Source: Lingula anatina
Taxonomy: Eukaryota; Animalia; Brachiopoda
Direction: 5' to 3'
NCBI GenBank assembly: GCA_051362555.1
Contig: CM120640.1
Span: forward strand, 70,596,788 to 70,660,787
DNA length: 64,000 nt
Position 1 is the first letter of the stretch, and every line of letters starts with the position of its first letter. The translations under genes and the position numbers were made by a program. Under the pieces are notes generated by a model. The model did no database searches. It was not told the DNA's origin and was given only the letters and a program-made list of their open reading frames with translations. Below, piece after piece: positions 36,212 to 48,419 of this stretch.

Positions 36212-39200
36212 CAAAATTGATTTTCATACTCAAATGTTTCTTTTTGTACATTTAAGATCATGGCTGAAATGAATATTTTGATGCTGTCTTATTACTTCCA
36301 AGTTCTTATCGAGGTGGTGTCTGTCCTGCTTCTCTGAACATGTAGTTTACTACGTACGTATTTCCTAACTTTTTATACGTATAAAAATGAAAATTCTATT
36401 TTCGATTTCCACCAATTTGGCTAATTCTACTCGTACAATCCATCTTTTATCAATCTAAATATACCCTGTATAGATGGATGCCAGATGAGCCATTCAAAAT
36501 ATGATTTTCCTTTTGAGATTTCCCCGCTGAGATAACATTGAAATGTTTTTTATGAGCAGCAATCGCCGCTAAATGCCTTAGCACTTCAGATCGAGAAGGG
36601 ATTAATTTTCTTCTGAAATTTGAACTAAGTGCCGCGCTTCTTGTTCGAAATTGACTTGACCTGAAACGCAAAGTGGGCATAAATTGGCTGTTTTTTTTTT
36701 TTTTTTTTTTTTTTTTTCAGTTGATTCCTACGTGGTGTTACAATGGTGACGGTTGAGAAGAGAGTTTACCTGGTATTGTATAGCATTGAAATAATAACTT
36801 GTATTAGATTTCAATATAAGATCGACCTTTGACGATCCGTGACATCCACTAAAGCTGGTTGCCATAGCTACATTACGTTTTAGTGTCTTTACCGATTAGA
36901 TAATTTTACCACATATGACGGTGTGGTCTTCGCAGGAAGTCTTGCCATTGTTAACGTTTGTGACAGACTCGAGGTTCTGTCCGGTTGTTTATGTTCTAAG
37001 GATGGTAGTGGTATTTAGGTGTCTTATAGCTAAACCTGATCTCTTCTCTTTCGATGTCATATAGGATTTCAAATACGCCACAGTCCCTCACACAATGCAC
37101 TGTGTTTGAAATGGTTTCAATAATTGAGTAATGGTCCAAAAACGCACATTTCTTCTGGATCTACCATGCGTTGTGCTTTGTTTTTGTATTAGAACTGACG
37201 TCACACGATCGCCACTATCCAAGGCAATTATACTTTATGTTTAGAGGTCGACAAACTGTTGCCTTATTAACGCAGATATTAGTTCTTGTTTCTGTTCAGT
37301 CAATTACCACTGGTATAGAAGCAGACAGTCAGGCGACAGTCGAACCCAGCCTAAACCCGTCATTTCCCTTGCTGCTTCTGCTGATTTCGCCATTTCCCGT
37401 TGTATCATATAGACAGCGACAACTGTACTCGTTACCCAGTTTAGCTGCCTCTATATACGTATGAATATAGAATCAGTTACAATTACATTGTAGTAAGTTA
37501 GGTTATGCCTTCATTTTACATGATAGCATTGTAGATGATTCAGCTTGTTATTTACAACACAAGCTTATAGAACTGCTAAGGCCTGCACTTCGGCAAGAAC
37601 CGTGTTTCTAAACTACAACTCAAAGCAATGATCAGTGGAAGCCGCTGTTTAATTGAACTCGTTGCTGCAGTGTCTGCGATCCCGTTTGGCTTCATTGGTG
37701 ATGAACTTGCGCTCTTTTCTGACGCACGTTTTCCTAATTTGCCATTTACAACACAGAGTCGCAGTGCGGCAGGCCTGACAGCTATTTAGAACAGCGCGGA
37801 CTTTCTTTTTCACACCGATTTTAAAAAGAAATTAATGGATATACGTGTTAAGGAACAACCAGCACTTTGTAAAGCAAATAAAATGGATTACATGGGCTTC
37901 TGCCAATTCACGTTTGCGTTAAACCCATACGGAAGTATTTTTTAAAAAATATGTTTATTTTTCTCATATTCATTTTCGCGGAGTTTCGTTAATAGTCACT
38001 TAGTTGTGTATGATGACGGGATGAGGAGTGGTATGGCAAGCCAAAGGCCGACATTTATATCTTGGAGTGTTTAAAAAGTAGCAGGTGCCTGCTGGGGAGC
38101 ACTTCCACGTGTTACATCATACATCATGTCCTGACGGAGTTAAAGCGACAAATGTGGCCTTCTGATATTGCAGTACCGTAGATCGGAACAAACGTCACGG
38201 GATTACTAACTATATTTGTGTGTTTTGCAGTTTTTGCAATTAAATATTGTTTCACTTGCCCAATGAAAGATAATTTAACTAGTCCTGGAAAAGAGGTTTC
38301 ATTTGAAAGGTTTAAGAGTGACATGCTAGATATTAAATAATGTGGGTGTATGCGTCTTGAAACAAAAGTTTTTCCATAGAATACGTGAATGAATGTTCAC
38401 ATTGTGTGGTAAACTTAATCACACAGTATTTAGTCATCGTGCTTTTGTAGTACTACGCTTTCCTCTCATATTTAATATGAGCTTGCTCTTTATTGTCGAT
38501 ACACAAGGGAATTGTCTATGCAGCAATTAGGTCCAAGAACATCTCTGCTTGCTGAGACTGATATCCCCGTGGTTCAGTTAAGCTCTCGGCTCTTGTTTTG
38601 GACACTGGTGTCTTCCTGACTAACGGACTAAAAGTGCTGTTGAGGAACCGTGGATTCAGCGGCATAAGCTCCGCATTACACAATCGTAAAGTATCTTTGT
38701 ACGGTGCAGTTTATGTCTATGTCAGCGAACCTGTCCGTCTGTCTGTCTGTCTGTCTGCCTGTCAGATTTTTTCCTGGCCGTCAGTAGGGGCCTGTACATA
38801 TACATGGAGTAAAGAGAACGAAGTAGGTCTTTGAAGGAGCTACAGGTATTTGATTCGCAACGTGTTCACATTTGAGACGAATTATTCAACTGATCAATTT
38901 TATAATAATGATTTAGGAAGTTTGAAACCAGACTTATGTTCACGTAATACACAAGGGTGACGGTGCCTCGTAGAACATAATGCATAGTTTTTTTCTGTTG
39001 ACTTTTAAAGCAATTATTTGATTGAAACTCCGATGTTTGCGTTGATATGTGGCTGGGACATGCTCACTTTGCTTTGATTTTCAACATTGCGCAAAATGGA
39101 GTGGATTTTTTTAAAGATTGCCATCCAGACAATGAGGCAATACATTTGAATGGAAAAGCAAACAATTGGGTGTCCAGTCTTTCTTTCTGTCTTTCTTTTT

Positions 39201-39897
39201 CCAGCAGTGCGACGTATATAGTTTTCCTTTTACTCCATAGGGTGCGCTGCTGGCCTGACCATTTTCTCAGTTTACCAAAATCTGGCGATGCTATAAATAA
39301 AATTATCCATCGGGTAGAAGACTGATTACAGGGAGAATTAAAGGAGCCATCCTGAGACAAATTGGAGTCACAAAAATGTATTTACTGGAATTTACCACGA
39401 ATTAAACATGAGATCTTTCTTTATCTTTCTTAGTTGTTTGTTCAGAAATTTATTGCCTAGTAGCTTTTATTTTCCTTTAACTTGGATTATCGATTGATCC
39501 TTCTAATGTCTTATTGGAAAAAAGCAAAAAAGATCTTTCATCTATCTCTGTTTGTGTCTAATACTATTTTTCTTAAATCTTAATGAGTGTGAAATGTTGA
39601 TGCTAAAGCGTAATCCACTCTGAGGTGTGCCCCAATTGTTGGGTTTTATTCAAATATCTTAAATATTCTTGTTCTTGTCAGCACTACCCTGATGAGTGTT
39701 CACTTTTTCTTTTCAAAACGCGAAATGTACAGATTGGCGTCAGCTGTGACAGAGACAATACTTCTCGACAGATACAATATATGGGATATATTTATCTTAT
39801 GAAGTCTACTTATTCTTCCTTCGAGTTTGGAACCTTGTTTTTATAAATTATTGATGATGTTATATTTGCTCATTTCAGTTGATTTATCTGAACAGGG

Positions 39898-42800
39898 ATG
39901 TACGGACTTCTTCTGGAGAGCATATATGAGTATCTGAAACAGACTTATGGCGAAAATGTCGCTGAAGAGATACGGAAACGCGCCAATATTCATCAGCACA
40001 GCTTTGTCACACACAAGGTGTACAGTGAGACACTGGTCCCACGCATGGGGGACGCTGCTGCCGCCATAACTGGAACGCCGAAGGACGAGTTAATGGAGCA
40101 GTTTGGGGTGGCATTTGTAACCTTCGTTGGTCACTATGGTTATGACCGCGTGCTGAGAGTTCTTGGGCGGCACATGCGCGATTTTCTGAACGGACTAGAC
40201 AATCTGCACGAGTATCTGCGGTTTAGTTATGCCAAACTTAAACCTCCGTCGTTCTTTTGTGAAAATGAAACCAAAGAAGGACTAACTCTTCATTACCGCA
40301 GTAAACGCAAGGGATTCCTGCACTATGTGAAAGGGCAGATTAAAACGGTGGGCAGTTTGTTCTATAACACACATGTGGAGATAGACGTGATAAGCCACCG
40401 GGAAACCGAAGATCTCACCCACGTTGTATTTCAGCTCAAATTTGACAATTACGCATATAGGGAACCTGTTGAGAAAAAGGACATAACACAAACTACAAAA
40501 CTTCACGTCCGTTCTGCTGTGTTCTTCGATGTTTTTCCATTCCACTTGGTATTTAACAGAGACATGTTGATACGCAGTGCCGGGAAGGGTTTGGAGCAGG
40601 TTCTGGAGGGACTGGAAGGACGACAGGTGGATACCGAGTTCGTTATGATGCGACCCTTGCTAGAATTTACCTGGAAAAATGTAAGTAAATATTTTCTTTA
40701 CTTTCACAAAGTACGCAGTGGTCGTGTGGCGAGTGTACTGTTCTGTTTATTTGCCCAGTGCACGATGGGGTCGCTTACCAAAAATGAGTTGTAACGCCTG
40801 ACCACGACTTGAAATTAATAAAACCACGGAGAATTAATTAGTAGAGCCTACTGAAATATTGCAGCCTTGTAATCTTGTTCTATTGAACATATGCATTATA
40901 TATATTCTATATTATATATGTTATAGCCTTTATATTACAACAAATGACTGTAAAGATTTTGAAAAGCACCTTGTATTAATAATGTTAATTATTATAACCT
41001 TTAATGGATTAGAACACCGATTTGAGCAGACATCTCCTCACGTCTGCATTTTAGCAATGAAAGTGTCACGGATTGATAACTATATTCCGCTTTAGAGTTC
41101 ACTGACTGCCTGGGATGTTGGAATTCACAATTATTGTGTTTTTGTCAATATATTTGCGTTCACGGATATATTACTTCCATCGTTTGACATTGATGAAAGA
41201 GGGACTATTTTCTGTACTGCAATCTCTCTCTTCCTTCCAGGTAATGTCTCACACTAATAACGTGTTTGAACTTCAATCGGTTAATGAGACCAAAGCACAG
41301 CGGCAGCAAGATTTAGATGATCTAAGCGACGATGGTAGGTTAACACCCGGTCCACTCTGTTAATCCGTATATTTAAAACAATCTCATAATGCATTTTTTG
41401 TTCGCTGATTGCCATATAATGTCTCCATTCAAACTTTTGTATACATATATAATGAATTTAACGCATATTTTCAGCATCTTGCTTCATCATGAATTTCCTT
41501 TGCGCTGTGCATTTGCGCTTCAAACTAACGTATATTTAGCAGCTTGCGAACAAATTACGGGAGATCCGTGAACATTGCTTTTCTAAATGCCCCTTTCAGG
41601 TCCTTTAAATGTGTATAATAGACTCTGACGGGCAGAGTACGGCCGCTGGTTCTGCATGCGAAGACTGCAGACTTTGCATCTAGGCATGGGTTGGTTCAGT
41701 AGTTCCCCACGGAATAATGTCTTAGATCATATTCCATCAATATTGGGGAAGCTAGAATGTTTGATGAGCGCATAGATCCCTTGGCGTGATATTTCACTGA
41801 AAAACATCAAAATTAATTGAACGTTATTGTAAAAAATAAACTCTTTATTATATAATCTAGGTTAAATACTGCACCTGTATATATAGATATCATGTTTGCT
41901 CCCCCCCCCCCCTGTGAGTTATTAAAGCTGACCAAGATGCCAGATAATTACAGTAATCACCAGATATAATTTTAAACAACAGACCGGGTGCTGCTAACGA
42001 TTCGGTTGCTACATTTAAAAATGCTGGCGAAATAGTTATTACCACTGTCTCCCGTGTAATGGGAATAAAAAAGAAAATCGTTTCTAAAGAAATTCAAAGC
42101 CCACTAAGGAAAGGTCTGAAAGTCATACCTCGTAGACAGTAAACACGTTTGGTGATTTTAGAAATGATGTCCTTTTTTATCAAGAAATGATGTAACATTC
42201 AAAAGTAGGATTATTGTGCGTACTGAAAATGGAATGACGTCCCTATTGAAATGATGGAACTGTGCTGCCTCTTACATTTTGATTTCTTTAGTCACGATGA
42301 CAGGTGCTTTACACAATGCCTGTTTTTCTCACGATTCTTTGGAGACGAAAGGTTAGATCTACACTTGTCTAAAATGATATCCCTTTAGAAATCCGAAACC
42401 GCCAGTGAGGCATACGAACTGATATTAGTATGATTGATTTTATCATAAGGACTTGATTATTGTTAAGTGTTGATTTTGACAAGTATTTAAGATGATGATG
42501 GTTTCCTATAACCCCGTACTACATCCCTTGAAGGCATCTACCCAAAATTTTGGGATAAATGTATTAGCGCGTTTATTACCTAATTGACCTGGTCAGGTAA
42601 CTGTCTTGATGCCCTGGTTTAAAAAGGGTGAGGTGTTCGATAACATGCGTCGACATTAAGTTAACGCTGTCAAACAACACTCTTGTAACATTTTTAATGT
42701 TTTTATCATATTTCAGTTCAAACAAGTTCCCCAGCAAATAATGTAAATTAATTGCAAAAAGTTATTATTCAAATTTGGATTTCGTTCCTCAATGTCAGAT

Positions 42801-44573
42801 TACTCTCAAAAATGTTACATCAAGTTGCAGGTTTGATTTGAATAAATGCAGCAGTGGCAGTTTAACCCACGGAAACACTTGCCTAAGCTATTATAAACAC
42901 TATGAAGGTTATTTCTTGCTTCATGTAAAATACACGAAACCTATCCGGACTGTGTTGAACGTGAACCGCTGTTTGCAGTCACATGTTGAAAGGCTGGTTC
43001 TTATTCACTAGATGTCTGCAGCTTCCAAACCGAGACTGCATCGAGACGCACACGTGTTAGTCGTGCTTCCAGACGCATCAGTTATGCACAATCTCAAGGT
43101 ACTGACGGTAGCAAGACGCTGTACAATACGTGTGTGGTGGCTGCGCTCGTTGTTGATTTTTAGTTGCTTTTCCCACTCGTTTTCTTATCATTTACTTTTT
43201 TATTTTTACTGGTGAACTTGAAAGTGTATGAAGGTTTTTATTTCATCACTGCAAGTAACAAACCAGAGCGCATTAGAAATCCCCATGGAAACGAAACACA
43301 TTTATAGGATTTCTAAGGAAAATGTTGTCTCTATGGATTATGAAAACTAAATATTTCAACGCACAAACGCGTTTGTTCACCAGCTTTTATATTGCCCTAA
43401 ATGTGTTTTCTGGCTTTTTTTCTTTTTTGATGTCATAATGCGATATGCGATGCGATGCGTTGTGTGTGTTTGGCGTTACTTCACTGCACAAGCATGCCAG
43501 CCAGTGATCCAGTGTGTATTTAAAACGCTATCACAACTGCACCACGGGCCTTGGCACATAACACGGATCACTTGACCTCACACGCTCCTTTATGTGTTTT
43601 CTTTTCTATTGGGCATTATTCAGTCAAACACCTTGATTTGTGCATTTTTTTATTTACTTTTTTTGTAGGGTACCAACGGCTCCGTCTTTTACTTTTATTT
43701 ATCATCATATTTTACCTTCATTATCTTTGCTTTCTCTAATTGATATTTATTTGCGCTTGAAATGGCGCATTGTTTTCTATTTTGTGTGTGCATGCTTATT
43801 TATTCTTTTATTGCTCTACACCTTTTTTTCTTTTATGTTAATGTGCATAGATCCAAGGCGCCTATTTTCTACTCAAAACGGCCTCCCACATGACGATTCT
43901 AGTGGGCATGATTCAGGTAATTCTTGAACAACCTTATCATGGCGTATTTCCATTGCTATTCTCTTTCTTGCAACGGAAATATCTATACAAATCTATACAA
44001 TTTTAAGCCTTGACATTGGTTATACTTGATTTGTTTTTAGCATGGTGAAACACTGTTGTCAATACAATTGCATGTTTTTGTTATTGTGTATATTGCCTTG
44101 ATCGTCAGTTGTCTTAAAAGACGTGCCTCTTGTAGATTTTTTTACTAGGAAATTTTATTTTTAAGATTTGAAAATCAGTTTGAAAATTGTTCCATATAAA
44201 ACCATTTGAAATTAGTTAGTCGACACAAATTCGCATGGAGCCCAAAACTGAAGTTTCTGAAACTTGTCAAAATTGGTTTATCCATTTTTAGACTGTGGCA
44301 CCATCTACAGTCAGCCTGCGCATGACCAAGTGTACAACTCCGCGCGGACCTCCTACCTGCGTCTGAAGGGACAAATGATGTTCATGGAGGAATGGGACTC
44401 CATCTTATTTCTGGGGACGCCCATGTAAGATTTGTTTTACAGTAGGAAACATATTCTTGAAGAGGCAGTTGTATGGTGTCAGTTGAACTTCCTTGTGAAC
44501 CACATTTTATTATTGTAATTGGAGATATACTAAATAAAAAACGTTTACTACTACAGAGTTAAAACCAAATACC

Positions 44574-44613
<40 letters not shown>

Positions 44614-47009
44614 TTAAGGGGAGTGTTCCATAATTGCTTATGTCGATGCCAATGTTTGTTTTCAGCATGGAGAACCTTGATGTTATGTTTACAACCGGTC
44701 TCTATATCAACGATCTCAGTATGCACGACTCCAGCAGAGATTTGGTGTTAGCTGGAACACAGCAGTCCGCAGAACTCAAACTAGCCTTGGACCAAGTAAG
44801 ACTTAACTGGAATGAAATTGGGCACCTACACGTAGTTGCTGTGTTTTAAGTGATGTTATCTGGCAAGACTCGACCAGTTTTAATATTTTTAATGTTAAAA
44901 AAAAAACAGTAGAACACCTGTGTACAATTTAATTGGTTTATAATGCTTCTTTACCTTCTCTCTATGAATATTATGAAAATCATTCTGTTATCAGTTGCGT
45001 GTATCTAATTTACATAACTTCTTTGTGACTATGGGGCCGTTCTTTCTTCTAACAGGAGCAACAGAAAAACAAGAAGCTAGAGGAGACAATGCGGAAGTTG
45101 GATGCAGAAATGAAGAAAACAGACTCGTTGCTGTACCAAATGATTCCAAAAAGTGTTGCTGATCGTCTGCGTAAAGGGGAGCCCGCCATGAACACTTGTG
45201 AGGTAATTGTTTTTCGCTTTGTGTGTGCGAGAGCGCGTGCGGGCTTAAATTGATTAGTCACTCGCCGGAATACCAAAAACAAAATGTAACCACCACGGGT
45301 AAAGTAGTCATATTATATCCTCGGACATAATTCTTGTTACATCCGACTATAAACCCCACTTAAAGCTAATTACCAATATTAGTGTTATTCGTTGTCTGTT
45401 GAAAGCTATTTGGTCTTGTTTCTCACAGGTGTTTGAAAGTGTCACCATCTTGTTCAGCGATGTGGTAGGGTTCACTACTATCTGCAGCCAGATCACACCA
45501 ATGCAAGTTGTGGGGATGCTCAACGCCATGTACACAGAATTCGACCAACTCAGCGAGAAGAACCAAGTCTATAAGGTACACATTACGGATGATAAACTCA
45601 AAAGCTGGTAGTTTTTCTCAGTCAGTTATCATCTAATACGAATCAATGGAAACCATCCGAAAAAACCTAAAACGAGGTTGTCGGCACTGCTTAACGTTAG
45701 GCGAGACTGGAAAACGCGCGAGAATCCGCGTGAAGTGGGGCTAACAGTAAGGGTGAAACTACAGGTGGGAATGTCGTCTTAGAATGCAATATACAGTTGA
45801 TACCTAAAACATGGTGAATATGTACTGTTGTGCAAAAGACCATTACTACATAATTAGAGAAAAACTACATGTAGATAATACACTGATAATCCTGTGCATC
45901 GCCATTATACCTAACCCTGTTCTTGGACATAATAACGTAATTTTGTCCAAGCCCCCTTTTTTTCTAAAATCTCGTAAAATAAAATTCCTAAAAACTGAAA
46001 TCTCGCTTGGTTTACGCTAGGATGAAAGACTTCGATTTATCACGGATGATTCCCATTGACGATTGTTAAACACCTTGCCTCGTCTTTTATTGTCATATTG
46101 ATAGAGCCCAAAAAATTGAACTTCAACTGAATACATGTACATGTACATGTACTTTGTCACTTTGGGGCACTAGGTTCGACTATAATTATTTATCCGAATT
46201 CATGTTCCTTAGGTGGAGACGATAGGGGACGCTTACATGGTGGTGGCGGGAGCACCTATCAAAACCAAATACCACGCGCACCACATCTGTAACATGGCGT
46301 TCGACATGTTGGACGCCATGTCCAACCTCACCGACCCCTCCACAGGCGGCAATATGAGGATACGAGTGGGTAAGTGTCGACAATAGTGGAGTGGCTTTAC
46401 CCCCTACCAGGGCGCATGATAGATTTTTTACAGATATTCACAGATATGTCTCTATTTAGATAGATGGTCATTTAAAGCCATCTATCTAGCTAGAGACATA
46501 TCTGTGAATATCTGTAAAAAAATCTATCACTCGCCCTGGTAGAGGGTAGAGTGGCTTAGGGTAAAAAATTGGCCAAATCATGACACGGCGGATAAAAGCA
46601 CCAAATTTTGCACGTGGTTACCTTTTGACATACTAAATCATTTTAGACCCGTAGCCCTCTAAAAAATTTTACCGTTTGGTCAAAAAATCCAAAATGGCCG
46701 CCAATTTATGAAATTCTATAGAAATATATACATACCTATGTTGATTTTTATCAAATTAAGCATTTTCTCAGTGTTTTCCACATCCTTATCACCCGTAAAT
46801 TATGCATATATATTACATTACAAACTAGTGTTCTTGGACTTTTTGAAAAATCCAAGATGGTGCAGTATGGCATACGGCATATCCCTACTGTGTGATGTAT
46901 TCCTGCCACTCTGTATGCTGTGTATGTTTTATGAGATGTGTATACGAATTTCATTGTGACTTTTTCGTTTTCGTGCTCCTAAAGCTTTGGTCATCCATGA
47001 CCATTCATA

Positions 47010-47040
<31 letters not shown>

Positions 47041-47059
47041 GAGAGAGAGGGAGAGAGAG

Positions 47060-47097
<38 letters not shown>

Positions 47098-47313
47098 ACT
47101 TGCTCTCTATGTACACCATGTATATCTGTCTTATTTAAGGCGTACACTCGGGTGCAGTGGTAGCAGGTGTGGTAGGGATGAAAATGCCGAGGTACTGTTT
47201 GTTTGGGGACACTGTGAACACGGCCTCTAGGATGGAATCCACGGGAGAGGTACTGTGATATCACATTGGAACACTATCCACACTGGGTTTAATTAAAACA
47301 ATATTGTGAAGTG

Positions 47314-47366
<53 letters not shown>

Positions 47367-48419
47367 TATACATTCTAATACAAAGTGAAGTTTTGCACGA
47401 TTACAATTAACGCACGTTTTCAAAGGTTGTTGTTTTTCTCGTACACCCTACATTTTTTCACATTAGTTAAAAAATAATTTGTTCATTACAAGAAATATGC
47501 ATCCCTGCTCTTCTTTAAAAAAATTATTTCACTTAGGCCATGAAGTTACACGTCAGTGAAACCACAAAGCAGTTTATATCAAGCGGAGACGGCTACGTGT
47601 TACAGGAACGTGGATCTATCCAAGTGAAGGTAAAGTAACAAACTTTGTTTCTACTTTCTGCCCCCCCCCCCCCCCCACACACACACACACACACACAAAC
47701 ACACAGAACCACCCTCCCACCATTTGCTTTCATGGGCTCTCCTCTCTACGTAATGCACATTTCTCAAAATTAAAATTCAAATACTGGACGTCAAACGATC
47801 TATTTGACAAGGTGTAACTAACTACATGTTTTTATTGTAATTTCCTTGGCCAATGTTTCAGGGCAAAGGTTCCATGAAAACCTACTGGCTCATGGGGATT
47901 CCTGGGCACGACCCGGCGAAATACGCGGAGCTGGCCAGGAGAGGCTCGCACATGCCCCCCCTAGAGAACGGCAAACACGTCAACGGCTTCGATACATTGG
48001 GTCCCGAGGACGCAGAACTCGATGGTCTTGAGTCCGATAAGGTATCTTTGGTATCCCCTCCCCCAGTGCCTGGTGACTGTGCTTTTGTCCCACCTTTGCT
48101 GTCCAATGATCATAAACCCGCTGAGCCCTCTGAGGACGATGTGAAAAGCGGTCTCAAGTCGCCTTGTCCAAACAAGGACCAGGGCAAAGCTGTGAACGTA
48201 GACGACCAAAGGGTAAAACCGACAGACGTGTTTGCTAAAGGGGCTGGGAAAGGGAACGGCTCTCACTACTCCAACAACAGCCTAAACGTTGCCATGAAGA
48301 AGGTTGGCAATGCAGAGAAGGCGCGTAAGGAAATGTTACGTAATGATATTAATCCTGATATAGAGCCAGAAAAGAAACCTGCTCCCACAAAGAAAAGCAA
48401 ATTTTGCAATTTACTTTGA
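39898..48419 (+). CDS. Gyc88E: Atypical (O2-sensor type) soluble guanylate cyclase, Gyc88E-like, copy 1; about 783 aa, or 854 aa with the cassette exons
   Basis: Exons 39898-40680, 41241-41334, [42292-42351, 43012-43098, 43851-43916], 44292-44424, 44666-44795, 45056-45202, 45429-45575, 46213-46369, 47140-47249, 47537-47629 and 47862-48419, all GT-AG and frame-compatible. H-NOX: [15 protein letters not shown] (His104), YRSKR, Tyr143. PAS: FPFH, LKGQM. Coiled coil: LLYQMIP. Cyclase: [41 protein letters not shown]. Ends in CNLL. Confidence 0.93.
42292..42351 (+). CDS. Candidate cassette exon a of sGC copy 1 (60 nt, phase 1-1)
   Basis: gatttctttag| ... AAG|gttaga; open in frame ([20 protein letters not shown]). 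Confidence 0.55.
43012..43098 (+). CDS. Candidate cassette exon b of sGC copy 1 (87 nt, phase 1-1)
   Basis: ttcttattcactag| ... AAG|gtactg (alternative donor at 43107); encodes [29 protein letters not shown]. Confidence 0.55.
43851..43916 (+). CDS. Candidate cassette exon c of sGC copy 1 (66 nt, phase 1-1)
   Basis: Long T-rich tract, gcatag| ... CAG|gtaatt; encodes [22 protein letters not shown]. Confidence 0.65.
46398..46548. mobile_element. 151-bp foldback MITE with 9-bp TSD (Mutator/MULE-like)
   Basis: Near-perfect arms of about 70 bp (TACCCCCTACCAGGGCG..GATAGATGG / CCATCTATC..CGCCCTGGTAGAGGGTA). Flanked by the direct repeat GAGTGGCTT at 46389-46397 and 46549-46557. Confidence 0.85.
47010..47093. 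repeat. Compound (TG)n(AG)n(TG)n microsatellite
   Basis: Direct reading. A positional homolog lies at 59316-59400 in copy 2. Confidence 0.95.

Noticed and set aside
36690-36775. Poly-T + CAG acceptor as an extra 5' UTR exon of copy 1
   Set aside because: The downstream donor is weak (TG|GTATTG) and poly-T runs create such acceptors by chance; unsupported without transcripts.
41620-41820. Possible tRNA or tRNA-derived SINE
   Set aside because: No convincing cloverleaf or A/B boxes could be read; at most a degraded repeat.
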